From Octopus vulgaris (Eukaryota): a stretch of DNA of 64,000 nucleotides. The notes under the pieces are model-generated. The model was not told the origin of the DNA, did no database searches, and saw only the letters and a list, made by a program, of their open reading frames with translations. A program made the position numbers and the translations under genes. This document shows, in pieces, positions 45,216 to 58,112 of the stretch; the first letter of the stretch is position 1, and each line of letters starts with the position of its first letter. The stretch is taken from the NCBI GenBank assembly GCA_951406725.2, contig OX597828.1, positions 26,970,001 through 27,034,000 on the forward strand, written 5' to 3'.

Positions 45216-46163
45216 GAGTAAAACTACTTAATAACAATGGTCAGTGACTGAAAAAGTGAGGTGAGAAGGAAGGAGGATCGAGGGAGGGTGGGAGGGAGGC
45301 GAGTGAATGGTTTGGAAAGCAATGGAAGAAGAAGAAGAAGAGGAGGAGAGGAGAGGAAGGAAGGAAGTGAAGTTAGGTTCTGTTTGTGACTCACAGACTT
45401 GTGACAGGTGTTAATGCTGGTGGTGAGTCATTGATAGGTTGGTTTAGTAATATGTGCAAAGCTGGTTACTCTGGTCTGTGCACCAGTGTGTGTGTGTGTG
45501 TGTGTGTGTGTTGTTCAGGTATGTTATATATATATGTTATATACCTGAGGAACATGAAGACTTGTGTACCTGTGTCTTCACGGATGGAGGGATATATGGA
45601 GCGTGTGTGTGTGTGTTTCATTGCATGTATGCGTCTGTATGAGAGTAAGAGGGAAAAAGACCAATGAAGGAAACAGGATTTTGACATATTTTATATGTAA
45701 AAATTCTGACAAATCCCTGTCACATGATGTGTGTGTGTGTGTGTGTGTGTGTACACATTCTTCTCTCCACACACACACACCTGTTTACAAAGAGAGAAAT
45801 ACAAATCTGTACTTTCATGTGAATGCGTACCTGTGCTTTTATGTTCCTTTGCTTGTTTCAGTCATTGGACTCTGGCCATGCTTGGGCACTACCTTCAAGA
45901 GTTTAGCTGAACAAATCAACCTCAGGACTTATCTTTAAAAGTGGTACTTTTTTTTCTATTGTTTTGCCAAACTGCTAAGTTAAAGGGATGTAAACAAACC
46001 AAGCAGTAGCTGGTAGGGAGATAAAGGTATACACATGGGTATATATACAGCCGAAATTTGCCATGATGAATCGGTTTCTGACTGAAGAATGAAGGCTCTG
46101 AATGACTGTCTGTTTTCCGTGTTCGTCAATTCGTGAATTTCACGTTCTTTATATATAAAGTTT

Positions 46164-46199
<36 letters not shown>

Positions 46200-46204
46200 C
46201 GTTG

Positions 46205-47362
46205 AATGCTGTCAGTAAAGTGAAGGTTGGCAAGAAGTATAGTGAAGAATTCCAGGTAGAAGTAGGCATTCACCAAGGATCAGTTGTCATCCCCCTCTTA
46301 TTCATGATAGTCCTCCGGGCAATAACAGAGGAATTCAAGACAGGCTGCCCCTGGAAGCTTCTCTTTGCTGATGAGAAAGTGCCACTCTCTAACTGTGGAA
46401 GGAACCTGTGGAAGAGGTAGACCCAGGAAGACATGGGATGAGGTGGGGAAGTATGACCTTCAAATATTGGGCCTCACAGAGGCAATGACAGGAGACCGGG
46501 ACCTTTAGAAATATGCTGTGATTAACTAAAGTGAGATTGTAGCCATGGCCAATGCCAGTATTGCATGCCTGGCCCATTTAAGAGTACCCTTGATGCATCG
46601 GGTGATATAATATGACATACTTGAGAAGATCTGCTGAGTTAAGTAAAACCAAAATCGCAATTTTGGCCAGTGCCCCCTTACTGGCTCCTGTGTTGGTGGA
46701 ACGTAAAAAACATCATCTGAATGTGGTTGATGCCAGGTTTGCCTGACTGGTTCCTGTGCCAGTGGCACATAAAAAGCACTATCCAATTGTGATCAATGCC
46801 AGGACTCCCTGACTGGCTCTCGTGCTGGTGGCTTGTAAAAAGCACCATCCGAACTTGGCCAATGCCAGTATCCTCTGACTGGCTCTTGTGCCAGTGCCAT
46901 GTGAAAAGCACTATCCGAACGTGATTGATGCCAGGCCCGCCTGACTGGCTCCCGTGCCAGTGCCACATAAAAAGTACCCACTGCATTCTTGGAGTGGTTA
47001 GTGTTAGGATGGGCATCCAACTGTAGAAACAGCAGTGAGCTGGGAGAAACGTTAGCAAGCCGGGCGAAATGTTTAGAGGTATTTCGTCTGCCGCTACGTT
47101 CTGAGTTCAAATTCCGCTGAGGTTGACTTTGCCTTTCCTCCTCTCAGGGTCGATTAATTAAGTACCAGTTACGCACTGGAGTTGATATAATCGACTTAAT
47201 CCATTTGTCTGTCCTTGTTTGCCCCCTCTGAGCGTAGCCCCGTGTGGGCAGTAAAGAAATAAGAAACATTGCCAGATCAGATTGGAGCCTGGTGCAGCTG
47301 CTGGCTCTCCAGACCTCAGTCAAAGTGTCCAACCCATGCCAGCATGGAAAACAGACGTTAGA
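46205..47362 (+). mobile_element. Internally deleted RTE LINE: RT piece joined to the C-terminus, then a 3'UTR with ~60-bp tandem units
   Basis: VGIHQGSVVIPLLFMIV..CPWKLLFAD joined to KCHSLTVEGTCGRGRPRKTWDEV; tandem units at 46670-46980; terminus CCAACCCATGCCAGCATGGAAAACAGACGTTA. Confidence 0.88.
47032..47261 (+). mobile_element. Family C SINE inserted in the RTE 3'UTR with a 7-bp target-site duplication
   Basis: AGAAACA at 47025-47031 and 47262-47268; body matches 57738-57973. Confidence 0.9.
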
Positions 47363-47367
47363 CAGAT

Positions 47368-48213
47368 GTTAAATTTGACAGTTTTCATAAAAGGAAAAGA
47401 AACAATATCCCATCCCAAAATAAAAGTATTTTTTTTAAAAACTCAAAAAATATCAAAACTAGATTACGGCTGAGAGATAAGTTTCCTTGAAGTAGCCACC
47501 CTCGGCTTCCATTACAGCCTCAGATTGGCTCCAAAACCTGGTGCAGGAATTCCTCACTATGTCACTGGGAAGATTTTCAAGCACCCCATTGATCTTGGCC
47601 AACAACTCAACCATGAGATTACAATTGATTGAATTAAGAGGCCAGAAATTGGGGGTTGGTCAAGTTAGAGAAATCTTCCAAGAACCACTTGTAAGTCTTT
47701 CTGGGGATATGGCAAGAATCTGAATCCTGCTGCCCCACACACATATGGCCTTCCAGCCAGAACCTTCTCCTGCCACGGATTGATCACATTCTTCAGCATT
47801 CTCACATAACTGTTTGAATTGAGTTTAAGGCCCTGTTCAAAAATGTGGGGAAGACTTCTGGCATGTAGATGCAATCAGAATGCCTGCTGTGTCCCTTCCT
47901 GCTGGCCACAGCTTCACATTCTCCATTGCAGCTGTCCATGTCTTAGAGTCTTTACATTGTTTACAGAGCATTGAGATGGAGAAGCAGTCATGATGTTGGC
48001 ATACTGAAACCCGGTGCGAATCATCATGATACGAGTAAACTCTTCTCCAATATTCAGATGGCTTCCAGTCCTTCATGTCAGCTAACTTTTTCTCAACTAC
48101 AACTTTAATCATTATGCTCTCCAACGCTGTTGACCATTCACCGATATATCAAACAATACCTGAAAAAAAGAGACATGTAAAGAATTTGTCAAATTTAACC
48201 TGAACAACCCGTA
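47368..48213 (-). mobile_element. Decayed Tc1/mariner-superfamily transposon with partial TIRs
   Basis: GTTAAATTTGACA (47368-47380) is inverted at 48187-48199; minus-strand peptide PHIFEQGLKLNSNSYVRMLKNVINPWQEKVLAGRPYV followed by a QQDS..CH motif. Confidence 0.8.
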
Positions 48214-50860
48214 AATGTATGTATGTATATGATGGGCTTCTTGCAGTTTCCATCTACTTGGATTGGTCAGTCTGTGGCTGTAGTAGAAGACCCTTGGCCA
48301 AAGTCCCACACTGTGGACTGAACCTGGAACCACATAGTTGCAAAGCAATCTTCTTAACAACACAGTTGTACTCTTGTGTATAACTGTGTGCATCTGTGTG
48401 ATTGCCTATGAATGCATGCCCCTGTGGCTGATGTGCACATATTTGTATACTTATATATTATACAGGAGCAGGCATGGCTGTGTCTTCAATCTCACTGCAT
48501 GACCCCTTTGATGAGAGTCCTCTGCCATACCTATGAGCTGACCAAAGCCTTCGGATTGGATTTGGTTGATTGAATCTGAAAGTAGTCCATTGTAGATGTG
48601 TGTGTGTTTGTTTTTCCCTCCCCACTACTTGACGACCGGTATTGGTTTGTTTACGTCCCCATAACTTAGTGGTTTGACAAAAGAAACTGACAGAATAAGT
48701 AGCAGGCTTTAAAGAATAATAAGTACTGAGGTTGATTTGTTGGCTAAAATTCTGCAAGACAGTGCTCCAGCATGGCCACAGTCTAATGATTGAAACAAGT
48801 AAAAGATATTTTACAGGTGGTTAAGAAGCTTGTTTTGTAAACACATGGTTTCAGGTTCAGTCCCACTGCATGGCACAGGTATGTGTTGAGGGTTGATAAC
48901 TGAAGTATCAGTCATGTCTTGGTGCCCACCCATCCTCTCTCTCCCCAGCTCCTTTCCCTTGTCACATCCTGATTGTTCCCCTGGTTCAAGGGAAGTGGGG
49001 AAGATTTACAAGCAATGTCTGTGTGCCCACAACTATATCGGGTTCTGAAGCAGCATTTGCTCTAAGCATGAAGCATGCTGGTGCTCTGTTGTACTCGACT
49101 GTGAGTGATAACCAGAGCTGATTATTTGGCTGATGGATTATAAGAATCGGTAGAGCATCAAACAAAATGCATTCTCCTTTTATACTTTCAAAAAAGAAAA
49201 AATTTTTTTATTGCCAAATCCCCAACAAGGCAGCAAGATACAAAAAAAACTGCTTTGCATATGAAGAGTTAGAAAAGAAAGGGAAAGAATTCTCTCTCCC
49301 ATCAAAAAGTTAAAGAATAAAAATGTATAATGAGAACCTGTCTTAATAATCATAAGGCGATCAGTGTAAGATCTAAAAGAATTAGGACCTTACTTCTCTG
49401 GGATGTAAATGAGGGTCACTGTTGTAGAAGCATAGTTGTTCTTTTCTAGTTTTCCATGAAAATCATGTTTGGTCGGGAGTGGAATTTTTGCCTTCTTTAG
49501 AAAATCTGCTTCTGCAAATTCCCTCTGACCCTTTGCAAGCATGGGAAAATGGACATGAAATGATAATGTTGATGACAATCTTATTTATTTGGGAAGCAAG
49601 AAGGAAGAAAGTTCCCCAAGGCAGATTGTTTCAAAGAATGGCGTTATTTGAAGTAAGTGCTCTTTTAATCAACTCAAGATTGATTAAAGTCTGTACAAGT
49701 CAAATACCGGAGTATTTCAGAGATGAATAATACTTTCTCCTGTATCATACTCACATCAAAAAGAGCAATCATTGGAATTTGATCTGTAACTCATCAAATT
49801 GCCATACCAGCCAATGAAGAAGACTTTACACACTTGATCAATTAATTTGACAGAGAAGAATTAGGTAGAAAGTCTCCCTCTTATTACATTGTGTTATTTT
49901 AACCATTTCAACACCATATTCCCAATGAAATTTAATGTCTATTTATTTAATTTAATTTTCAAAATAACCAAGAATTTCGAGGGATTTTATAAATTAACTT
50001 TGTCATTGCTAAACTGTTGTCTGGAAAGTAATTTAACAAAAAGATTCTTTCACAAAATTTTGATGGAAAGTTTAAATTGAAATATGAACTCAATAAAAAG
50101 GATATTTGTAACCAGAAATGGACTCAGGTGGGTTGATATTAAAGGTATTAAGTATAGGGTAGCATAAAATTGATGTATAGAGTGTATACATGTAGTGTAA
50201 ACATTAACTATCTTTCCAAATCTTGCTGCTTTTCACAAGGAATTTTAGATCCTCTGAAGTTGTCTTGGCATTTAAGATGACCTACCTTTTTGGGGACTGG
50301 AAATTTTGGTCTGAAACATACTACTTGTATAGTGGAAAATGTAGCATAAAAAAAAAAGTGTTGAGATTGTCTGGGTTAGAATACCTTTAATTATGGATCT
50401 GCACAATCGTGGCTGACTTGGGCGTCAAGAAATCCCCATTTATTCACTGCTGCAGATGTAGTTGCACGGATGTGAATATTCCGCTCCAGCATCAGTATAG
50501 TAAAACAAAGAGCAAAGGAGTTAAACAATTGAAGTGTTTGGGTCTCTTTCTATAACGAACCAGACAAATATTCTAAGATATAATAAACCTGATAATAACA
50601 TACCACTCTGCACTGTGTAACCTCACTAATACTTTTAAATCTCCCAAATATCCTTTTAGATGTCTGGGGAATTGAGACAGAATCTCTCTGGAGACATTAA
50701 TGGTTTTGTTCAAGAAATAAAGCTAAGAAGAACACCTGTTAAGCACATAGTTTAGTAAATTAGAACAGCTGGGCAGTTCCTTCACCATGTGAACTAATTA
50801 GACTATGCACTCTTTCTAAAAACCAAAACCTGAGGAAATTAGTGAGTTTTTTGTGCTGCA

Positions 50861-50898
<38 letters not shown>

Positions 50899-52720
50899 TA
50901 ATAATGATAATAATAATAAAAAAAATAATCTAAAGGTACATTTGTTGAGTATCAATAAATGACTGAGGGTTGGAAGCTAACTGTTGAGGTGACTGACCAT
51001 TCGGTGGGCTGTAAAAGGATTTGGTATGGTTTTGAAGGGTCAACTGCTGGAGGGTTGAAAGATTGCTGTGTGTCTATTAAGACCGTTCGATGGTATAGAA
51101 GAATTGGTGTGCCTAAGTACTAACCATTCAACACAATTTAGAAGAATTGGTGTGAATGTGCATGACCTATTTGTTAGGGTATTGCATTCCTGATTGTAAG
51201 ATTGTGGTTTCAATTCCCTGGCTGAGTAGTGCATTGTGTTGTTGAGCAAAGAACTCAATTTCACATTGCCCCAGTCCACTCAATAGCTGGGAAGTTAACC
51301 CTGTAACAGACTGGTGTTCCATCCAGGGTATGTCTTATAATCTCAATCTCTTCTATGTCATGGGAATTAGATTAAGTTCCAGCTAGGGATCATGACAGGC
51401 TGAAAAGGGATAAGTGTGTGTTCGTAAAGACCTGAAGATATTGACTGTTTAGAAAGATAGGTATATGTTGATGTAGGCCATTTGATGGTGTGAAGGGAGA
51501 TTGGTATACATTCATACAGTGCTAACCACTCTGCTGCATGCCTTCACACCAGTCCCTCTAAATTCTGTGAAGTGATTTGTATTGATCCACAGCAGTCTCC
51601 CTCCTCCCATTGAAGGGTCTCTTTATATGCTACTCTACACAAATGATCCCTCAAAACACACCAATCCTTCAAGAATTCATCAAATGGTGTTCATGTATTG
51701 TACAAGCTATTTGACCAAATTATAGAAACTGATGTGCACTGAAGCGTGTGTAGGTCCACATCACGCCTCCTGACTATGCTGAGTCTCAAGAAAATTTTGC
51801 TAGGATTCACTCTACAATCTGTGATTTTATTTATAAAGCATTCAAGCATTGTGTAGTACAGTCATGAACAAAATATGCACCATTTTACATCATTGAATCT
51901 TTCTGTAAAAGAAGATAAAAAAAAAAGGAATGTTGTGTCTAATTGAACAAATGGCTTGCCAGGCTTCGGTGAAATATAATACACAATTTTTGCACTAGTA
52001 AAAACAAAAAAAAAAAAGTGGCTACCAGTTGCTAAATATTTGTAACAGAATCACTTTAGCTACAAAGCAATATTTTATTGATGTACTGAAGATAACCAAA
52101 GTTGGTGCTAAAAAGGAGTAATCACTGTTGATCACAACCAAAATTGAAAGCAAAAGAGGAAAGAACAATGAAACCAAACCTCCAGAAACACTAACTCAAA
52201 GCAGTTTTACCTTTTGATCCAAGCGAAAAAAAGTCAAAGACTATTTGAAAATAAATTCTAGTTTTTAGTCGTTGTGGATGTAACTGGAAGGATTTTGAAA
52301 TGATCATGGTAGATCAATAGCCACCAGAATGGAATCAAAGAATAAAAACCTGTTGAAGAAAGCATCTGAAAAACTTAGTCAAAGCAGTTTTAATATTTAA
52401 TCTAAACAAAACACAAAACTATTTAAAAATAGGTGCAGGCCTGGCTGTGTGGTTAAGAAGCTTGTTTTGTAAACACATGGTTTTAGGTTCAGTCCCACTG
52501 CCTGGCACCTCAGAAAGCCTTAGGCTGACCAGTGTCCTTTAAGTAGATTTTGTAGATGAACACTGTGTTGTAGTTCATCATCTGTGTATATAAATACATA
52601 TATATTATTAACCGCATATACTTAATGGATATGTTTTGGGTACATTAAGTAGTCAATGATATTTATCATACAAAATTTGGTTTTTCTTCATATGTAAATA
52701 TGTATGCATATATGTATATC

Positions 52721-53076
52721 AGTGGCACATGAGAGAACCATCCGAACGTGGCCGTTGCCAGCGCCGCCCCAACTGGCTTCTGTGCCGGTGGCACGTAAAA
52801 AGCACCATCCGATCGTGGCCATTGCCAGCCTCGCCTGGCCTCCGTGCCGGTGGCACGTAAAAAGCACTATCCGATCGTGGCCGTTTGTTAGCACCGTCTG
52901 GCACGTAATAAGCACCCACTACACTCACGGAGTGGTTGGCGTTAGGAAGTGCATCCAGCCGTAGAAACATTGCCAGATCAGACTGGGCCTGGTGCAGCCT
53001 TCTGGCTTCCTAGATCCCAGTTGCACCGTCCAATCCATGCCAGCATGGAAAGCGGACACTAAACGATGATGATGAT
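52721..53076 (+). mobile_element. RTE LINE 3'UTR fragment with tandem units and (GAT)n tail
   Basis: GTGCCGGTGGCACGTAAAAAGCAC(C/T)ATCCGATCGTGGCC repeated; terminus as at 9111-9300. Confidence 0.88.
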
Positions 53077-53337
53077 ATATAGGTGAGAAGAAAATGAAGG
53101 ACAAATAACGAACTGTCCTCCATTTTTTTCTCGCCTATATAAATTAAATTACGGTTACCTGCTGCCATATGCCTTTTACCAAGGAATATACCCACCGAGC
53201 TAATTACCAGAAGTACCTTTGGATATATCTGTCCAGTAGAGACTTTAAACACCTCTAACTTGGCAGCTTTGGTCAGACTATCCAATGCATGCCGGCATGG
53301 ACAATGGACATTAAATGGTAATGATGTTGTATGTATG

Positions 53338-53392
<55 letters not shown>

Positions 53393-55494
53393 TCAAACAA
53401 CACATATATACAAAACATGTATATGTGTGACTGTGTTTGTTCCCCGACATGTATTTAACAACCAGTTTTGTTTTATGTTCCTGCTACTTAGCAGTCCAGC
53501 AAAAAGAAACTGGTAAAATAATTGTCGGATTTTGCAGGATAAATAAATAAACAAATACTAGCTTTACTTCCTTTAAATAAAACCTAAAGATAGTGGGTGC
53601 CCCAGCATGGCCGTAGTCCAATGACTGAAACAAGTAAAACATGAAAAATACTTGTAAAAATTCTACTTTTAATCAACTTGATCAAGAATTATTGCCTTTC
53701 CAGTCTATCTAAAACTTCTTTAATTAATCTCACAATGTTACTGATATTTTTTTAATCGTTAGTTACCTGTATGCATTATTTCCACCATCTTTAACTCATT
53801 CCAAATGCTCGACTCTGCTACTCTGACCATATTTCTAACAAGAGTCTTTGCGCTTGAATTTTTTGAATGAATTAAGAATTTGGTTTTGGAAAAATATCTA
53901 AATTTCAATATAAATAATGACAGGTGTTTACCTGTTATCTTTCATGTACTGATGGGATTTTAAGCAAAGATTTAAATTTCTAAGTTGAGCATTTTAACAG
54001 GAGTCTTTTGGGTCAGGTTGGTCTGCAATTAAACACACCACTCTCTCAACTCTCCATTGTCTGTTTTTGACTCCAAAGTAACTCCCTTATTTTACTCTAT
54101 GGGGGTTTAGATATTTCCACACCATAGGTATATCATTGACATCATTTTTGATAACCACTTTGCCATGCTGACATGAGTAATCATGTGGTTTTGTGTTCAG
54201 TCTCACTGCATGTCACCTTGGGCAAGTCTCTTTTACCAATGCCTTACCTTAGATCAACCCAAGATTTCATCATCATCATTTAACGTCCACTTTTTCATCC
54301 TTGTACAGACAATATGGAATTTGTTGAGGCATATTTTCTTTGGCCTGATGCCTTCCCTATCACCAACCTGCACTAAGTTTCCAATCAGGGTAATAACTTC
54401 CATACATAAACCTCTTTTCACAAAAAAAACTGGACTTGAAAACAACCTTGCTTGTATAACGGTGATGCTCATTTACAACCATCATGTGATGTTTGTTTTG
54501 ACATGGGCGTATACACACACAAACATAGACACACACACACATGGTTTCCATCTACCAAATCCACTCGCAAGGCCTTGGAGGGCCTTGGGCTGAAGTGGAC
54601 ACATAATTACCCAAGGTGGCATGCAGTAAGACTGAACCGGAAATCATATGAAAGCAATGCAAGTTTTTTAACCTCCTAGTTATGTCTGAACTTATGAGTG
54701 TGTATGTATGTATGTTTGTATGTGTGTGTATGTATGTATGTATGAATGTGTGAATGTATGTATGAATGTGTGGATGTATATATGTATGTATGTGTGTGTG
54801 TATGTATATGTTGCATGTGTGTATTATAGAATGATAAAATTTGTGTGCCTGTATAGATGCTAATGTTTGTTCCAGTCTGAAAACATGCGACGTTTATGCC
54901 ATATCTCTTTACTTAGCAGTTCTACAAAGAAAGATCAACAAAATCAGTCTCAAACTGAATTTATGCAAAGATTGATATTATCAACTAAACCCCATCAAGT
55001 TTATTGTTTTCTGGTTTTTTTTTCTTTGATGCTCCAGTTTGGCCACTGTCCACCAACTAAAATCAATACGCAAAATATTAACAACGACACCTCCCTCCTC
55101 CCCTAAACAAGCACACCTTAGCTTCAATGTATGGTGCTCTTTTTTATTACAGACCTACTCATTCAGTATTCCATTGTCTCTGTCTGAAACGGAATTCTTT
55201 ACCCTGACAAATTGTCATGTCAACTTGAAAATTGAATAAATACATTCTTCACACCTAGGGACATTGTTATTTCATGTGCTTTGCTACCATTCTCTGTCTG
55301 ATTTTCCTAATGTGCACTGACTTTGGTAACCTGGTACATCTTGGACAAACAGACTTTTGTTGTTATTGCTGTTGTTGTACTGTGAATGCTTTTTTGCGTG
55401 CGTAATTGTATATTTTGTATACATACACACGTGTGTGTGTGTGTGTGTATATATATACAAAATATACAATATACATATGTGTGTGTGTGTGTGT

Positions 55495-55685
55495 GACATC
55501 ATGCTCGGAATGGTCAGTGGCAAGAGAGGAAGAGGCCGACCAAGAACCCGCTGGATTGACACCATCAAGAGTGATACTGGAATGGACATAGCCAATCTGA
55601 AAGAAGCAGCCCAGGATAGAACTGACTGGAAGACACTGATCCAACGAGCGACCGAGAGTTGACTTTGACTGAGCGGTTAAAGAGA
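55495..55685 (+). mobile_element. RTE/BovB-like LINE extreme 3' end (a different family from 41638-42596)
   Basis: IMLGMVSGKRGRGRPRTRWIDTIKSDTGMDIANLKEAAQDRTDWKTLIQRATES. Confidence 0.85.
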
Positions 55686-55710
55686 GAATCATATATATAT
55701 ATGTATATAT

Positions 55711-55711
<1 letters not shown>

Positions 55712-55745
<34 letters not shown>

Positions 55746-55974
55746 TTAATGTCCGCTTTCCATGCTAGCATGGGTTGGACGGTTCAACTGGGGTCTGGGA
55801 AGCCCGAAGGCTGCACCAGACCAGTCAGATCTGGCAGTGTTTCTACAGCTGGATGCCCTTCCTAACGCCAACCACTCCGTGAGTGTAGTGTGTTCTTTTT
55901 ATGTGCCACCAACACAGGTGCCAGACGAGGCTGGCGAACGGCCACGCTCGGGTGGTGTTTTTTATGTGCCACCG

Positions 55975-55975
<1 letters not shown>
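55712..55975 (-). mobile_element. RTE LINE 3'UTR fragment with (CAT)n tail
   Basis: Reverse complement of 52721-53076. Confidence 0.85.
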
Positions 55976-56027
<52 letters not shown>

Positions 56028-56822
56028 TGTGTGTGTGTGTAATCTTCATCATCATTTAACGTCTGTTTCCCATGCTGGCATGGGTTGGATGGTTTAATAG
56101 GAGCTGGCAAGGATGGAGAGCCGCACCAGGTTCCAGCTGTGTATATTGACATGGTTTCTACAGCTGGATGTCCCTTCTTAATGCCAACCACTTTACAGAG
56201 TGTATGGCACCAGCACCAGCACCAACAGGATTCATTGAATAACATGCAAGACAAAAGAAGTCTTCAGCTCTGGGGTGGAGGGAGGCATTAACCAAAATGG
56301 TTTAGGATATCAATTCTGCTGTGGTGGGCAAGGCACCGGATACCTTTTATGTCATCAAATATGGTAGCATGTCAAGATAACAAGCTATAATCAGATTGGA
56401 GACCTGGCTTGAGTGCTTCTAAAGTAGCAAATAGATCCCCATTAATTTTGGCAATGAATTGTTCAGGTGTTCAACCAACTGAATTACAAAGTTCATTGAC
56501 TTAATGTGAAAGTGACTGAGTATTCCACAGTCAACTGATGCCTTAATCTAATTCTCAGACAGAATCTGTGTGACACAGTGTGGCAGGGATAAACCTTTGA
56601 CTTACAGATAGAGTCCATCTAACAGGGTTCCACGAAGTGGGACTAAAACGGAGTGTATATATATATATATTGTGTGTGTGTGTGTGTATAAACATATTTG
56701 TGTCAAACCCATGCCAGCATGGAAAACAGACATAATTTGATCATGAAGATGATGATGATGATGATGATACATATATATATTACACCACCTATCTTCATCT
56801 TCTGTTTTTTACGTGAATTCTG

Positions 56823-56825
<3 letters not shown>

Positions 56826-56887
<62 letters not shown>

Positions 56888-57167
56888 AACACACACATAT
56901 GTATACATGCATAGATGCACATACACACACACACATGGATACAGATTCTGTATTAGATTGTAACTTTGTCTTTGACAAAAAAGTAAATATTTAATACTTA
57001 TTTGGATGTAATGCGTATGTACATGTTTATACACACACGCACACATATATATATATATATACACACACACACAGACACACATATATATATATACACATAC
57101 ATACATGTGTATATGTATATATATATATACATACATATATATATATATATATATACACTACACACAA

Positions 57168-57216
<49 letters not shown>

Positions 57217-57243
57217 TAAATATACATATATATATATATATAT

Positions 57244-57296
<53 letters not shown>
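56826..57296. repeat. Compound (TA)/(CA) microsatellites
   Basis: Directly visible. Confidence 0.95.
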
Positions 57297-57298
<2 letters not shown>

Positions 57299-57737
57299 GT
57301 ACTGGAAATTGTGGGAGTAAAAAAGAAAACCTCTGTTATTTATGCATTGCAATGCTACATCAGTGTACTGGATAGTTCTTCATGCATCACTGCTCACAGA
57401 TTTCCATGCTTCACTGGCTCTTGCACCCAGTTCTCAATCCAGTGCTTCTTACTTACACTGCATCATCTTTATCCGTCCTCTCTCTCCGCTGCTGCTGCTG
57501 TTACCCTCGACGATATCCTGATTTTTTTTGTTTGTTCATTGCGTTGTTTTTGTTGTTGTCATTGTCATCTTGTTTCTCTTTCAAATCCATCTCTTAATAT
57601 CTTAAGCAGTGGTTAAACAGCATCCACGACATTCCAAGCAACAACTACCAAGACACAGGTCTGTTTGCAGTATGTGTCATTACACATGTGTGTTTGTGTG
57701 TGTATATATATGTATGTATGTGTGTTTGTGCATGTAA

Positions 57738-57973
57738 GGCGGCGAGCTGGCAGAAACGTTAGTTAGTATGCCGGGCGAAATGCGTAGCCGTATTTCGTCT
57801 GCCGTTACGTTCTGAGTTCAAATTCCGCCGAGGTCGACTTTGCCTTTCATCCTTTCGGGGTCGATAAATTAAGTACCAGTTACGCACTGGGGTCGGTGTA
57901 ATTGGCTTAATCTGTTTGTCTGTCCTTGTTTGTCCCCTCTGTGTTTAGCCCCTTGTGGGTAGTAAAGAAATAG
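57738..57973 (+). mobile_element. Young family C tRNA-derived SINE
   Basis: GGCGGCGAGCTGGCAGAAACG (A box), GAGTTCAAATTCC (B box), central GTCGACTTTGCCTTTCATCCTTTCGGGGTCGATAAATTAAGTACCAG resembling the conserved central domain of MetaSINE/Sauria-type SINEs; CpG-rich. Confidence 0.88.
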
Positions 57974-57977
57974 TATG

Positions 57978-58012
<35 letters not shown>

Positions 58013-58056
58013 CACATACATACATATAAACACATACACCATCATCATCCTTTATA

Positions 58057-58112
58057 TATCACAGCTGTCTGACGAATGGGAACGTGAAACTCTGAGTAGC
58101 AGTTCTGTGATA
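58057..58112 (+). ncRNA. Minimal type I hammerhead ribozyme with canonical catalytic core
   Basis: Stem I TATCACAG-CTGT / GCAG-TT-CTGTGATA; CTGACGA 58069-58075; stem II ATG/CGT with GGAA loop; GAAA 58086-58089; stem III ACTC-T-GAGT; GUA triplet (cleavage after A58098); AATAAA ~15 nt downstream. Confidence 0.8.

Noticed and set aside
46050-46150. CTGAAGA-containing repeat fragment as a hammerhead
   Set aside because: No correctly placed GAAA and no stems on either strand
50390-50500. CpG-containing unique stretch as a coding exon
   Set aside because: The frames I translated are short or unrecognisable, and splice signals are unconvincing
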